A stretch of 62,126 bases of DNA from Candidatus Aminicenantes bacterium (GTDB taxonomy: Bacteria; Acidobacteriota; Aminicenantia; Aminicenantales; Aminicenantaceae): the NCBI GenBank assembly GCA_021162615.1, contig JAGGYH010000098.1, positions 1-62,126 of the forward strand, written 5' to 3'. The stretch's first letter is position 1. Each line of letters starts with the position of its first letter. Shown piece by piece: positions 49,186-58,296 of this stretch. The translations under genes and the position numbers were made by a program. The notes beneath the pieces are model-generated. The model had not been told where the DNA came from, made no database searches, and worked only from the letters and a program-made list of their open reading frames with translations.

Positions 49186-50286
49186 TCAATCCTTATCCCC
49201 ATACTTAAAGGATGCCAGGCAGGCTCCCTCGTAAGATACCATGCAGGGCCCCTGCGGAGAGTCCGGTGTGCATCCTTTTGAAAAAAGAGGGCATTCAGAC
49301 GGCAGTATTTTACCTTGAAGCACATCTCCGCAGCGGCATCCTGGAAGGTCATGACTGTGAGCTTCTATCTTCATTTTGTATTTATATTCAGAATCAAAAT
49401 CCTTATATTCATGTTTGAGCTTTAATCCGCTGCCGGTGATATATCCGAGACCGCGCCAGTGGCTGTCTTTTTTCTGGAACATTTCTGCCATGACGGCCAC
49501 TGCAGACGGATTCCCGTTGGGTCTGACCACTCTGTTGTATGTGTTGTCAACGATGGGATTTGAATTTATTATTTGATTTTGTATGGATAAAAGAGACATC
49601 AGTATATCTCCGGGCTCAAAACCTGTAATAGCACCGGGAATCGAGTAATGCTCTGGAATGAATTGAAAGGGTTTTTCACCAATGATCGCGCTCACATGAC
49701 CGGGATAAAGAAATCCCTGGATCCGATTGTCTTTGGACTCCACAATGGTTTTGAGCGGAGGTGGAATCAGCCAGAGAGCAGAGAGAAGGGAGAAATTATT
49801 CAAATGGTTCTGGACAGCATATTTCACCGTGACAGCGATAGAGGGAATGGTCGTTTCAAAGCCAACCCCAAAAAAAACAACATCCTTTTTCGGGTTTTTT
49901 TTGGCTATGTTTAAAGCATCGAAGGGAGAATAAACGATTTTCACCTGTGAGCCTTTTTTAGGCACTGTGGTTTGAATAGAGCCTTTGCTTGTGGGCACTC
50001 TGGTCATGTCTCCAAAAGTCGTTAGTATAAAATTTTCGTTTTCAGTGATGAGGTCAATAGCTGCTTCATGTATTTCATTAGGGGTGATGCAAACGGGGCA
50101 TCCCGGTCCTGAAAGCATCGAGATCCCTGCCCGGCTGAGCATTTTTTTGAGACCGTATCGGTGTATGACCATGGTGTGGGTGCCGCACACTTCCATTATT
50201 TTTAAAGGTCCAGGGAGAGAGGGGGCCCTTTCCCTGATGTCAGACAGAAGCCCTTTTATGACATTTTTATTGCGTAGTTCTCTCAT
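49186..50286 (-). CDS. hypD: Hydrogenase maturation protein HypD
   Basis: MEVCGTHT, GPGCPVC, GFETT, PGHVS, GPCMVSYEGAC. Confidence 0.95.
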   Translation of the reverse strand: MRELRNKNVIKGLLSDIRERAPSLPGPLKIMEVCGTHTMVIHRYGLKKMLSRAGISMLSGPGCPVCITPNEIHEAAIDLITENENFILTTFGDMTRVPTSKGSIQTTVPKKGSQVKIVYSPFDALNIAKKNPKKDVVFFGVGFETTIPSIAVTVKYAVQNHLNNFSLLSALWLIPPPLKTIVESKDNRIQGFLYPGHVSAIIGEKPFQFIPEHYSIPGAITGFEPGDILMSLLSIQNQIINSNPIVDNTYNRVVRPNGNPSAVAVMAEMFQKKDSHWRGLGYITGSGLKLKHEYKDFDSEYKYKMKIEAHSHDLPGCRCGDVLQGKILPSECPLFSKGCTPDSPQGPCMVSYEGACLASFKYGDKD

Positions 50287-50293
50287 GAGTTAA

Positions 50294-50363
50294 CCTGACC
50301 TATTCATAAAAAAATGGCGATGAGCATTTTATTGCAGCAACCTTGACTTGTTCATCATCCAGG
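50294..50363 (+). repeat. 70-bp mini element A between hypC and hypD
   Basis: TTAA|CCTGACCTATTCAT...TCATCATCCAGG|TTAG. Confidence 0.8.
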
Positions 50364-50391
50364 TTAGTAAAGCAAGAGTGCATGTCCGGAT

Positions 50392-50634
50392 TTATCTTTG
50401 TTCTTTTATGTTCTCAGAAAATTCCGTGTATTCCCTGATGAGTTCGAGTGTTTCTTTAGCCTCTTGCTCATTAAGTTTTGATATGGCAAATCCTGCATGG
50501 ACGATCACCCAGTCTTCGGGCTTTACATCTTCCAGCAAAACAAAATTTGTTTTAACTCTGGTGCCGAGATAGTCTATTTTACCTTGTTTGTTTTCATCCA
50601 CACTGATAACTTTAGCTGGAATTCCTAAGCACAT
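50392..50634 (-). CDS. hypC: Hydrogenase chaperone HypC
   Basis: MCLGIPA, VIVHAGFAI. Confidence 0.95.
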   Translation of the reverse strand: MCLGIPAKVISVDENKQGKIDYLGTRVKTNFVLLEDVKPEDWVIVHAGFAISKLNEQEAKETLELIREYTEFSENIKEQR

Positions 50635-50740
50635 TTTATTTATTCCTCTTTATTTTCCAATTTACTTTCCAAATTCAGGTTACTCTATGAAGAACTTATG
50701 TGTATTATAACTGAGTAAGTCTTATCCATCAACTTTTTAA

Positions 50741-50811
50741 CCTGACCTATTCATAAAAATGGCTCTGAATTTCAGTAGGCTTACACATCCTAAGCTCATG
50801 AATAATATAGG
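50741..50811 (+). repeat. 71-bp mini element A with atypical interior
   Basis: TTAA|CCTGACCTATTCATAAAAATGGC...ATGAATAATATAGG|TTAG. Confidence 0.65.
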
Positions 50812-50827
50812 TTAGCTGACTCTGTCT

Positions 50828-50856
50828 TTGACAATAATGACAGCAGTTTCTATAAT
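50828..50856 (+). promoter_or_regulatory. Consensus sigma70 promoter of the uppS operon
   Basis: TTGACA-17nt-TATAAT, 6 nt before ATG 50863. Confidence 0.75.
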
Positions 50857-50862
50857 GACCCT

Positions 50863-51633
50863 ATGATTGAAAGCTTGAGAGGATTTATCAAACCGGGAAG
50901 CGAGGAAGAAGCCCTGATTCAAAAGATTGATTTTTCAAAACTGCCCAAACACGTTGCCGTTATTATGGATGGAAACGGACGTTGGGCGAAGATGAGGAAT
51001 TTACCAAGAGTGGAAGGACATAAAGCCGGATTAAAAGCAGTGAAGGAAATTGTTGAAACATGTCCCCGTATGGGGATAAAATATCTGACTTTATATGCCT
51101 TTTCCAAAGAAAACTGGAAAAGGCCGCAGAAAGAAGTCAAAACACTCTGGGGACTTTTAGCAAATTATTTGAAGAAAGAATCAAGTGTTTTGGTGAAAAA
51201 TGAATTCAGACTCAATGTCATTGGACAGATGGAGCAGATTCCGGAAAGAACGAAAAAAGAACTCGTGAGAGTCATGGATATGACCAGGAATTATGACAAA
51301 TTCATTATAAATCTGGCCCTTAATTACAGCGGTCGTTCTGAAATCGTTGACGCTGTAAAAAAAATATTAGATACAGACAGGATAAAAGGGAATGATTTAA
51401 ATGAGGAGTTGTTTTCAAAATATATATACACATCTGGGATCCCTGACCCAGACCTTCTCATAAGAACAAGCGGAGAGCTGAGGATATCGAATTTTCTTCT
51501 CTGGCAGATTGCTTATTCTGAAATTTGGGTGACTCCTGTTTACTGGCCTGATTTTAATAGGCGGAATATGATCGAAGCCATACTGGAATACCAGAGTCGA
51601 GAACGGAGATTTGGAGATATAAAGGCTGGCTGA
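50863..51633 (+). CDS. uppS: Undecaprenyl diphosphate synthase
   Basis: IMDGNGRWA, YAFSKENWKRP, RTSGELRISNFLLWQ, RRFG. Confidence 0.95.
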   Translation: MIESLRGFIKPGSEEEALIQKIDFSKLPKHVAVIMDGNGRWAKMRNLPRVEGHKAGLKAVKEIVETCPRMGIKYLTLYAFSKENWKRPQKEVKTLWGLLANYLKKESSVLVKNEFRLNVIGQMEQIPERTKKELVRVMDMTRNYDKFIINLALNYSGRSEIVDAVKKILDTDRIKGNDLNEELFSKYIYTSGIPDPDLLIRTSGELRISNFLLWQIAYSEIWVTPVYWPDFNRRNMIEAILEYQSRERRFGDIKAG

Positions 51634-51666
51634 CAGAGGATTCTAAAAGAGGAGAAAACCAAAAAA

Positions 51667-51698
51667 GCTCACCGCCATTTTTTTATGAATAGTTCAGG
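51667..51698 (-). repeat. Element A left-end fragment
   Basis: CGCCATTTTTTTATGAATAGTTCAGG|TTAG, followed by TATAAT upstream of cdsA. Confidence 0.7.
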
Positions 51699-51763
51699 TT
51701 AGTATAATGATTGTTTATAGTCCGTGACTTAAGAGAATATGATATGGGAAATAAAAGAGAAAA

Positions 51764-52576
51764 ATGGACATATTAAAAAGAACCCTGACAGCACTCGTTC
51801 TTCTCCCCCTCTTGTTTTTATTGGTTCAGTTTTCTTCAAAAGTCTTCTTTTTTATAGTGATACAGATAATCGTGCTCTTATCTCTTTATGAATTCTATGA
51901 CCTGTCTCGGAAAAAAAGAGTATACCCTAAGAGAGCTCTGGGCATGATTCTTGCGCTGCTTATTGGGGGGACTTTCCTTTTTGATAAATTTCCTTTGGGA
52001 TTGGCGCTGTTTGCGGGGCTTTTGATTTTAACGGTCGTGTATCTTGTTTCCATAACAGCACTTGAGGAACTAATGGCTTTTCCGTCTGAGGCGGCACTGA
52101 CTTTTTTCGGTGCTTTTTATTTAAGCTTTACCTTGAATCATATCATTCTTCTCAGACAGGATTTCGGGCCTTTTTATATTTATTTTTTATTAATAATTGT
52201 GTTCACCAGTGATACCGGAGCTTTTCTTATCGGGAAGAAATGGGGGAAACATAAAATGGCCGCTTTGGCAAGCCCCAATAAGACCTGGGAAGGAAGCGCG
52301 GCCGGTGTTGCTTCTGGCATTGTTTTTGGTGTGGCCGCCGGATTCGTATTGTTCGGAAAAGATATTTTGATATGGAAGGTCGTTCTTATTGCTTTTATGA
52401 TACAGGTCATTGTTCAATTGAGCGATCCTCTTGAATCTCTGTTTAAAAGAGCGGCGGGAGTCAAAGATTCTTCACATATTTTACCCGGTCACGGGGGAAT
52501 GCTGGATAGGACAGACAGTCTTGTTCTGGCTATTCCTTTTTTTTATTATGTATTGAAGTATTTAGGAATGAGCTGA
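51764..52576 (+). CDS. cdsA: Phosphatidate cytidylyltransferase
   Basis: SDTGAF, SPNKTWEG, ESLFKRAAGVKDS, PGHGGMLDRTDS. Confidence 0.94.
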   Translation: MDILKRTLTALVLLPLLFLLVQFSSKVFFFIVIQIIVLLSLYEFYDLSRKKRVYPKRALGMILALLIGGTFLFDKFPLGLALFAGLLILTVVYLVSITALEELMAFPSEAALTFFGAFYLSFTLNHIILLRQDFGPFYIYFLLIIVFTSDTGAFLIGKKWGKHKMAALASPNKTWEGSAAGVASGIVFGVAAGFVLFGKDILIWKVVLIAFMIQVIVQLSDPLESLFKRAAGVKDSSHILPGHGGMLDRTDSLVLAIPFFYYVLKYLGMS

Positions 52577-52577
52577 T

Positions 52578-53753
52578 ATGGGCAGCAGAGACAGTATGAA
52601 AAATATAGCCGTTCTCGGATCCACCGGTTCAATCGGAAGAAGCACGCTTGAAATCATATCTCATCTCAAGGATAGTTTCCAGGTCGTGGGCCTTTCTGCG
52701 GGGAGAAACAAAGAACTTCTTTATAAGCAGATCAACTATTTTGAGCCCGAGATTGTTTCACTAAGTCATGAAAAAGATGCGGATGAGCTCAAAAAAATGA
52801 CATTCAGCCATAAGGTAAAAATAAGATACGGCCAGGAAGGCGCGGAAGAAGTGGCTGGTTACTCCAAGAACGACATCATTATCTCGGCTATAACCGGAAT
52901 CAAAGGATTAAGGCCTACGATAGCGGCTGTCAGGAGCGGAAAACGCGTCGGTCTTGCGAATAAAGAATCAATGGTCGCAGCCGGAGCGCTGATAAATAAG
53001 GAGGCATCAAAATCAGGAGCTGAGATCATTCCTGTGGACAGCGAACACAGCGGAGTTTTTCAATGTTTACACAAGGAAAATCTTCAAGACGTAAACAAAG
53101 TCATCCTTACGGCTTCCGGAGGGCCTTTTTTTCATTTGGACCAGAGAGACATTAAAAACCAGTCTGTGGAAGACGCCCTTAATCATCCCAGATGGAGTAT
53201 GGGAAAAAAAATTTCTATTGATTCTGCCACCATGATGAACAAAGGCCTTGAGCTGATTGAAGCCAAATGGCTGTTCAACCTCCCCCCTGAAAAACTGGAT
53301 GCGCTCATCCATCCGCAGAGTATTGTGCATTCTCTGGTGGAAATGAGAGACGGTTCTGTGCTGGCTCAGTTAAGCCTGACAGATATGAAAATCCCTATTC
53401 AATTCGCTCTGACATACCCGTACAGAAAGGAATCTGCACTGCCTTCATTGAATCTGAGCGAAGTGGGGTCTCTAGATTTTTATGAAGCGGATTTAAATAA
53501 GTTTCCCTTGCTCAGGCTTGCTTTTAAAGCTCTCAGAAAAGAACAGTATTTTTCAATAGCTTTTAATGCTTCCAATGAAAGCGCGGTCAATGCTTTTCTT
53601 AAGAGAGAAATCCATTTTTCTGATATATGGGAATTAGTTATTGAAGTGACAGAGGAGACAAATAAAATGGAAGTTAAAACAGTAGAAGATATCTTAAATC
53701 TAGACCAGGAAACCAGAGAGAAAATCCGGGATAAAATCAGGCGGAGATACTGA
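52578..53753 (+). CDS. dxr: 1-deoxy-D-xylulose-5-phosphate reductoisomerase
   Basis: LGSTGSIG, LANKES, PVDSEH, TASGGPF, DSATMMNKGLE. Confidence 0.96.
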   Translation: MGSRDSMKNIAVLGSTGSIGRSTLEIISHLKDSFQVVGLSAGRNKELLYKQINYFEPEIVSLSHEKDADELKKMTFSHKVKIRYGQEGAEEVAGYSKNDIIISAITGIKGLRPTIAAVRSGKRVGLANKESMVAAGALINKEASKSGAEIIPVDSEHSGVFQCLHKENLQDVNKVILTASGGPFFHLDQRDIKNQSVEDALNHPRWSMGKKISIDSATMMNKGLELIEAKWLFNLPPEKLDALIHPQSIVHSLVEMRDGSVLAQLSLTDMKIPIQFALTYPYRKESALPSLNLSEVGSLDFYEADLNKFPLLRLAFKALRKEQYFSIAFNASNESAVNAFLKREIHFSDIWELVIEVTEETNKMEVKTVEDILNLDQETREKIRDKIRRRY

Positions 53754-53754
53754 A

Positions 53755-55098
53755 ATGGGACCAATAATCGGAACAATAGCGGCCTTTATCATTGTGTTTG
53801 GGGTCCTTGTTTTTGCCCATGAGTTCGGTCATTTTTTCACGGCCAAGCTGGTAGGAATAAAAGTGACTGTCTTTTCATTCGGTTACGGAAAGAGACTTTT
53901 TGGTGTTAAAAAAGGGGATACGGATTACAGAGTGAGCCTGATACCTATGGGAGGGTATGTTAAGTTTGCCGGAGAGGAAGCCATGGTGGAAGGCTTATCC
54001 AAGCCCCAGGAACTTAAGCCCGGTGATTTCCTCAGCGCTAAAAGATGGCAGCGTTTTCTGGTCATATTGATGGGTCCTGTTATGAACATCGTTCTTGCGG
54101 TCGCTGTAATGTCTTTTATAAATATGGCCGGAGTTTCAGTACCTGTCTATCAGGACCAGGCCCCGGTTATCGGATGGATCGAGCCGGGCTCTCCTGCGGA
54201 AGAGGCAGGCCTTAAACCTGATGACAAAATATTAAAAATCAATAATAAAGAGACGGACACCTGGCAGGATGTGGAGCTGGCTGTTGGCTCAAAACCGGAG
54301 AAAACCATTAATATCAGTTTCATGAGGGGAAGCGAAGTCCTGGATGTTGCTTTAAAAACAGAGAGCCGGACCCGGTATAACATGGGATATGCCGGTTTTT
54401 TCGGAAAGGTGTTGACTCAGGTTCAGATGGTTGCCCCTGGCTCCCCGGCTGAAAAAGAGGGGCTTAAACCGGGTGATGTTATTTTAGCTATAGAGCAAGA
54501 ACCGGTGTTTTACTACCAGTTCACTGATGTTATTGAAAAAAATGCTGGGAAGGAATTGACTTTTTTGATCCGGAGAAACGGAGAGGAAAAACAACTGAAC
54601 ATCACTCCCGTAGCAGAGGGGGGCAGAGGAAGGATTGGAGTCAGGCTTACACTTGAATCATCCATTGAACAGTACGGTTTCTTTGCTTCGATATCCGAAA
54701 GCTTCAGATACAATATAGAATTGATGTCAATGGTGTTTAATTTCCTGAAGGAACTTGTTACAGGGGAAACCCCGGCCTCTCAGGTCGGAGGGCCTATTGA
54801 AATAGCCAATATTTCTTATATGGCGTTGAGAGGCGGATTTCTTTCGCTTCTGGGATGGATCGCGTTCATAAGCCTTCAACTGGGGATCATCAACCTTTTT
54901 CCCATACCGGTCCTGGACGGGGGGCAGATACTCGTTCTTGTATTAGAAGGGATATTCAGAAGGGAATTCAGCCCCAAAGTAAAGCAGATCATTATGCAGA
55001 TCGGTTTTGCCATGTTCATTGTTATCATTGTTTTTGTCATTCTCAATGATGTGGTGAAGCGTTTACCTAACGGGTGGGAGAGCCTGCTGCCATGGTGA
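53755..55098 (+). CDS. rseP: RIP metalloprotease RseP
   Basis: HEFGH, two PDZ domains, NLFPIPVLDGG. Confidence 0.94.
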   Translation: MGPIIGTIAAFIIVFGVLVFAHEFGHFFTAKLVGIKVTVFSFGYGKRLFGVKKGDTDYRVSLIPMGGYVKFAGEEAMVEGLSKPQELKPGDFLSAKRWQRFLVILMGPVMNIVLAVAVMSFINMAGVSVPVYQDQAPVIGWIEPGSPAEEAGLKPDDKILKINNKETDTWQDVELAVGSKPEKTINISFMRGSEVLDVALKTESRTRYNMGYAGFFGKVLTQVQMVAPGSPAEKEGLKPGDVILAIEQEPVFYYQFTDVIEKNAGKELTFLIRRNGEEKQLNITPVAEGGRGRIGVRLTLESSIEQYGFFASISESFRYNIELMSMVFNFLKELVTGETPASQVGGPIEIANISYMALRGGFLSLLGWIAFISLQLGIINLFPIPVLDGGQILVLVLEGIFRREFSPKVKQIIMQIGFAMFIVIIVFVILNDVVKRLPNGWESLLPW

Positions 55099-55100
55099 TA

Positions 55101-55450
55101 TCAAGTGAATGTTCTTGAAAAAAACTTGTACATAGCTGAAAATGGATTGATGATAAAAATGTCGCCATTTTTTTATGAATAGGTCAGGAAAGTCTGAGTT
55201 ATTCACGATTCGAGGTTGATGCAGATGCGAGGCACAGGGTATGAAGTCGTGGTATTTCACTGCGAATGCCCTGTAACGAAGCAGATGCGGCGAGATCGGA
55301 TCGCCTTAATGGTAAAAAAATGGCGATTAGGATAGGAAACAAAAACAAGAAAAATGTTCAAGTGAATGTTCTTGAAAAAAACTTGTACATAGCTGAAAAT
55401 GGATTGATGATAAAAATGTCGCCATTTTTTTATGAATAGGTCAGGAAAGT
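55101..55450 (-). mobile_element. Full element A (55193-55445, AAAG-flanked) preceded by an identical partial copy
   Basis: 55101-55193 is identical to 55358-55450 (93 bp). The full unit is 253 bp. Confidence 0.78.
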
Positions 55451-56522
55451 GGAATTTAAGAGAAGACCTACAAGACAGATTAAAATAGGAGATGTTCTCA
55501 TAGGAGGCGGAGCCCCTATCGTGGTCCAGTCCATGACCAAAACCGATACAAGGGATACTCAGGCAACCGTTTCACAGATCAACAGCCTTGCAATAGCGGG
55601 ATGTGAGCTGGTAAGGGTTGCTGTCCCTGATGAAGAAGCAGTGGAATCTTTGGGGGAAATCATAAAAAGGGTGAGCCTTCCTGTGATAGCTGATATCCAT
55701 TTTGACAATTATCTGGCTGTCAGCTCCATAAAGAAGGGTGTACACGGGCTTCGCATCAATCCAGGGAATATCGGCTCGAGAGCAAGGGTAAAAGAAGTGG
55801 TGGATGCTGCAAAAGGAGAAGGAATCCCCATTCGAATAGGTGTCAATTCAGGGTCTCTGGAAAAAGATATATTGAAGAAATACGGGGGGGCAAGCCCGGA
55901 AGCGATGGTCGAGAGCGCATTAAAGCATATCCGAATGGTTGAAGACATGGGATTTCATCTTATAAAAGTATCTGTTAAAGCCTCGGATATTCGGCGTACC
56001 TGGGAATCCTTAAAGCTTCTGGCTGAACATGTTGATTATCCTTTCCATGCGGGAATCACAGAAGCCGGGACACTGTTTTCAGGAAGCGTGAAGTCTTCAG
56101 CCGGGCTGGCTTTGATCCTAAAGGACGGACTGGCTGATACCATTCGTGTTTCCTTAACAGACTCCCCGGAGTTAGAGGTCCGTACAGCTTATATGATTCT
56201 CTCAAGCCTGGGGTTGAGAAAAAGAGGGCTTAATTTTGTTTCCTGCCCTGTTTGCGGCCGGTGCAGAGTGAAACTTCCTGAGATCGCGGACAGCATAGAA
56301 AACAGGATTAAAGATATCAAAGAACCCATTACGGTCGCTGTTATGGGGTGTGAAGTCAATGGACCGGGAGAGGCCAGAGAGGCGGATATCGGTATAGCGT
56401 GCGGGAAAGGGTTCGGGTTGATATTCAAGCACGGAAAGCCTCTGCGTAAGGTCAATGCTGAGAATATGGTGGATGAGTTCGTGAAAGAGGTACAGGCTGT
56501 GGTTAAGGATATGAGGAAGTAA
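55449..56522 (+). CDS. ispG: HMBPP synthase
   Basis: VQSMT, ADIHF, RINPGNIG, RIGVNSGSL, SCPVCGR, MGCEVNGPGE. Confidence 0.96.
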   Translation: MEFKRRPTRQIKIGDVLIGGGAPIVVQSMTKTDTRDTQATVSQINSLAIAGCELVRVAVPDEEAVESLGEIIKRVSLPVIADIHFDNYLAVSSIKKGVHGLRINPGNIGSRARVKEVVDAAKGEGIPIRIGVNSGSLEKDILKKYGGASPEAMVESALKHIRMVEDMGFHLIKVSVKASDIRRTWESLKLLAEHVDYPFHAGITEAGTLFSGSVKSSAGLALILKDGLADTIRVSLTDSPELEVRTAYMILSSLGLRKRGLNFVSCPVCGRCRVKLPEIADSIENRIKDIKEPITVAVMGCEVNGPGEAREADIGIACGKGFGLIFKHGKPLRKVNAENMVDEFVKEVQAVVKDMRK

Positions 56523-56524
56523 TT

Positions 56525-56699
56525 CAGGTATGGCTTGTGCTCCCTTCAGATTTTTAACGCCATTCTTCTTCGTTTTTCTCGGCTCCTGCGTAACTCCCCC
56601 CGTCCGTGGGTCAGACATACTCGTCGTCCGGCTTCGCCGGATGCCCTCGAAAAGCCTCATCCGAAGGCTAAATCTTCAATGTCGCTTCAGCCACACCTG
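56525..56699 (+). mobile_element. MITE-like element B (175 bp), flanked by AATT
   Basis: AATT|CAGGTATGGCT...AGCCACACCTG|AATT. Internal hairpin TCCGGC-TTC-GCCGGA. An extra left-end fragment lies at 56722-56746. Confidence 0.78.
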
Positions 56700-56746
56700 A
56701 ATTACTTGAGTTTAAAAGGTAGTATGGCTTGTGCTCCCTTCAGATT

Positions 56747-57485
56747 TCAGATTTTGTTGACGGGATTGATGGGTTTTTTCCCTGAGAGAACGTGAACCAG
56801 GTTTTTAGCCGCCATCATGGACATTTGAGCCCGTGTTTCAAAGCTTGCGCTTCCTATATGAGGCAGCAAAACCACATTGTCGAGAGACAGCAGTCTTTCT
56901 TCAATTTCAGGCTCGTTCTCGTAAACGTCTAAACCCGCTCCCCAAAGGTTTCCCTTTTCCAGAGCTTCGGCCAGTGCTTTTTCTTCGACTACAGGGCCGC
57001 GGGATACGTTCACCAGGATAGCCTGTTTTTTCATCAGGTGGATGTTTTCCCTTCAGATCTTTCCCCAGAAAAAGGTCAAGCTCCCAGTTCTTATATTTTT
57101 TTTGCCTGGTGAACCGGTCGGCCTGGGGAATTTTCCTTGCCACGGAGAGAATAAGAGCCCAGGCCAGGTCAGCTGTGGTGTCTGTTAGTACTCCGGGAGT
57201 GTTTGTGACAGTGATCCCTTTGGAAGCAGCATAAGAAACGTCTATGTTGTTGTATCCGACAGCGCAGTTGGCGATTATTTTTAAATCAGGGGCTGCATCG
57301 ATAACCTCTTTATCGATTTGATCGACCAGCAGGGACACAAGTCCTTGTTTGTCTTTAATTCCGGATATGATTTCTTTTTTTGTGGGATAATTATCTGTGC
57401 CTGCCACCTGAAAACGGATATGTTTTTTCAGGTATTCCATGGCTTCAGGGAGAAGTTTTTTTGTGAGTAAAGCGTTCGCTTTCAT
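56747..57485 (-). pseudogene. D-2-hydroxyacid dehydrogenase (glyoxylate reductase-like) with internal deletion and frameshift
   Basis: The N-part (AVGYNNID, TNTPGVLT, GKDLKGK) and C-part (NVSRG, GLDVYENEP, PHIGSA) are in different frames. The GxGxxG NAD-binding region is missing. Confidence 0.8.
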
Positions 57486-57496
57486 GTCAGTCTCTC

Positions 57497-58198
57497 CTAT
57501 TGCAGAAAAGGGTAAAAAATTTCTTTGATCTTATTATCGAATTTTATTTTTGTAAAACCGGTTTTATGAAAAGCAGGGTTCACAATATCCGATACCACCA
57601 TGACAGCCGCCGCCTTTACTTGGTAATATTCAGCAAGGGCGAACACGGATGATGTTTCCATATCTACTAATTCGATATTTTTTGTTTGCTTGTCTGTAAG
57701 CCATTCCTTTGTTTCCTTATACGGGGCATCCGTGGTAACTATGGAAGCTGTTTTAAGGACAGAGTTGTTTGATTTAAGCTTTTCCCTTATTTCCTCGGAT
57801 AAATCTTCAGAAGAAAAGAATTCGCTTTTAAAAGGGATGTAATGTGAAGAGGTTCCTTCTTCGGACAGAGCTTTTTTTACTATGAACGAATCAAAAAGAT
57901 TTATGTCTTTTGTGAGTCCTCCGCAAAATCCCAAAACAAGGATTTCATTGATACCGGAACATATGAGAGGCTCTATGACCAAAACCGAAGCAGGTGCTCC
58001 GATCCCTCCCAAGAGGACAACTTTGTTCTTGAATATGTAAAGATGTGAAAACAGAAAGTTTTGTTTTTTTGCGGCATTTTTTTCTAAATGTGTTTTTATG
58101 ACCTTGCTTGGAGTATCAGCAGGAATAAAGACAGCTCTCCGGCAGTTTAGAGGCTTTATTTCAGGCGGCTTCACAAGGGATGATGTGTTTTTCTGCAT
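57497..58198 (-). CDS. PNP/UDP-family nucleoside phosphorylase
   Basis: GIGAP, LGFCGGL, EEGTSSHY, TTDAPYKET, VDMETS, VSD. ATG 58198 with GAGGGAG RBS. Confidence 0.82.
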   Translation of the reverse strand: MQKNTSSLVKPPEIKPLNCRRAVFIPADTPSKVIKTHLEKNAAKKQNFLFSHLYIFKNKVVLLGGIGAPASVLVIEPLICSGINEILVLGFCGGLTKDINLFDSFIVKKALSEEGTSSHYIPFKSEFFSSEDLSEEIREKLKSNNSVLKTASIVTTDAPYKETKEWLTDKQTKNIELVDMETSSVFALAEYYQVKAAAVMVVSDIVNPAFHKTGFTKIKFDNKIKEIFYPFLQ

Positions 58199-58243
58199 CA
58201 GAATTTTCTCCCTCAAAATAACAAAAACAAGGCGAATAGTAAA

Positions 58244-58267
58244 ATGAAATTCAGGTATGGCTTGTGC
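58244..58267 (+). repeat. Element B left-end fragment
   Basis: ATGAAATTCAGGTATGGCTTGTGC. Confidence 0.6.
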
Positions 58268-58296
58268 GCAGTGATGGAATGGATTAGAATTGCAGT

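Noticed and set aside
56907-57050. Programmed frameshift joining the dehydrogenase halves
   Set aside because: A frameshifted product would still lack the NAD-binding motif.
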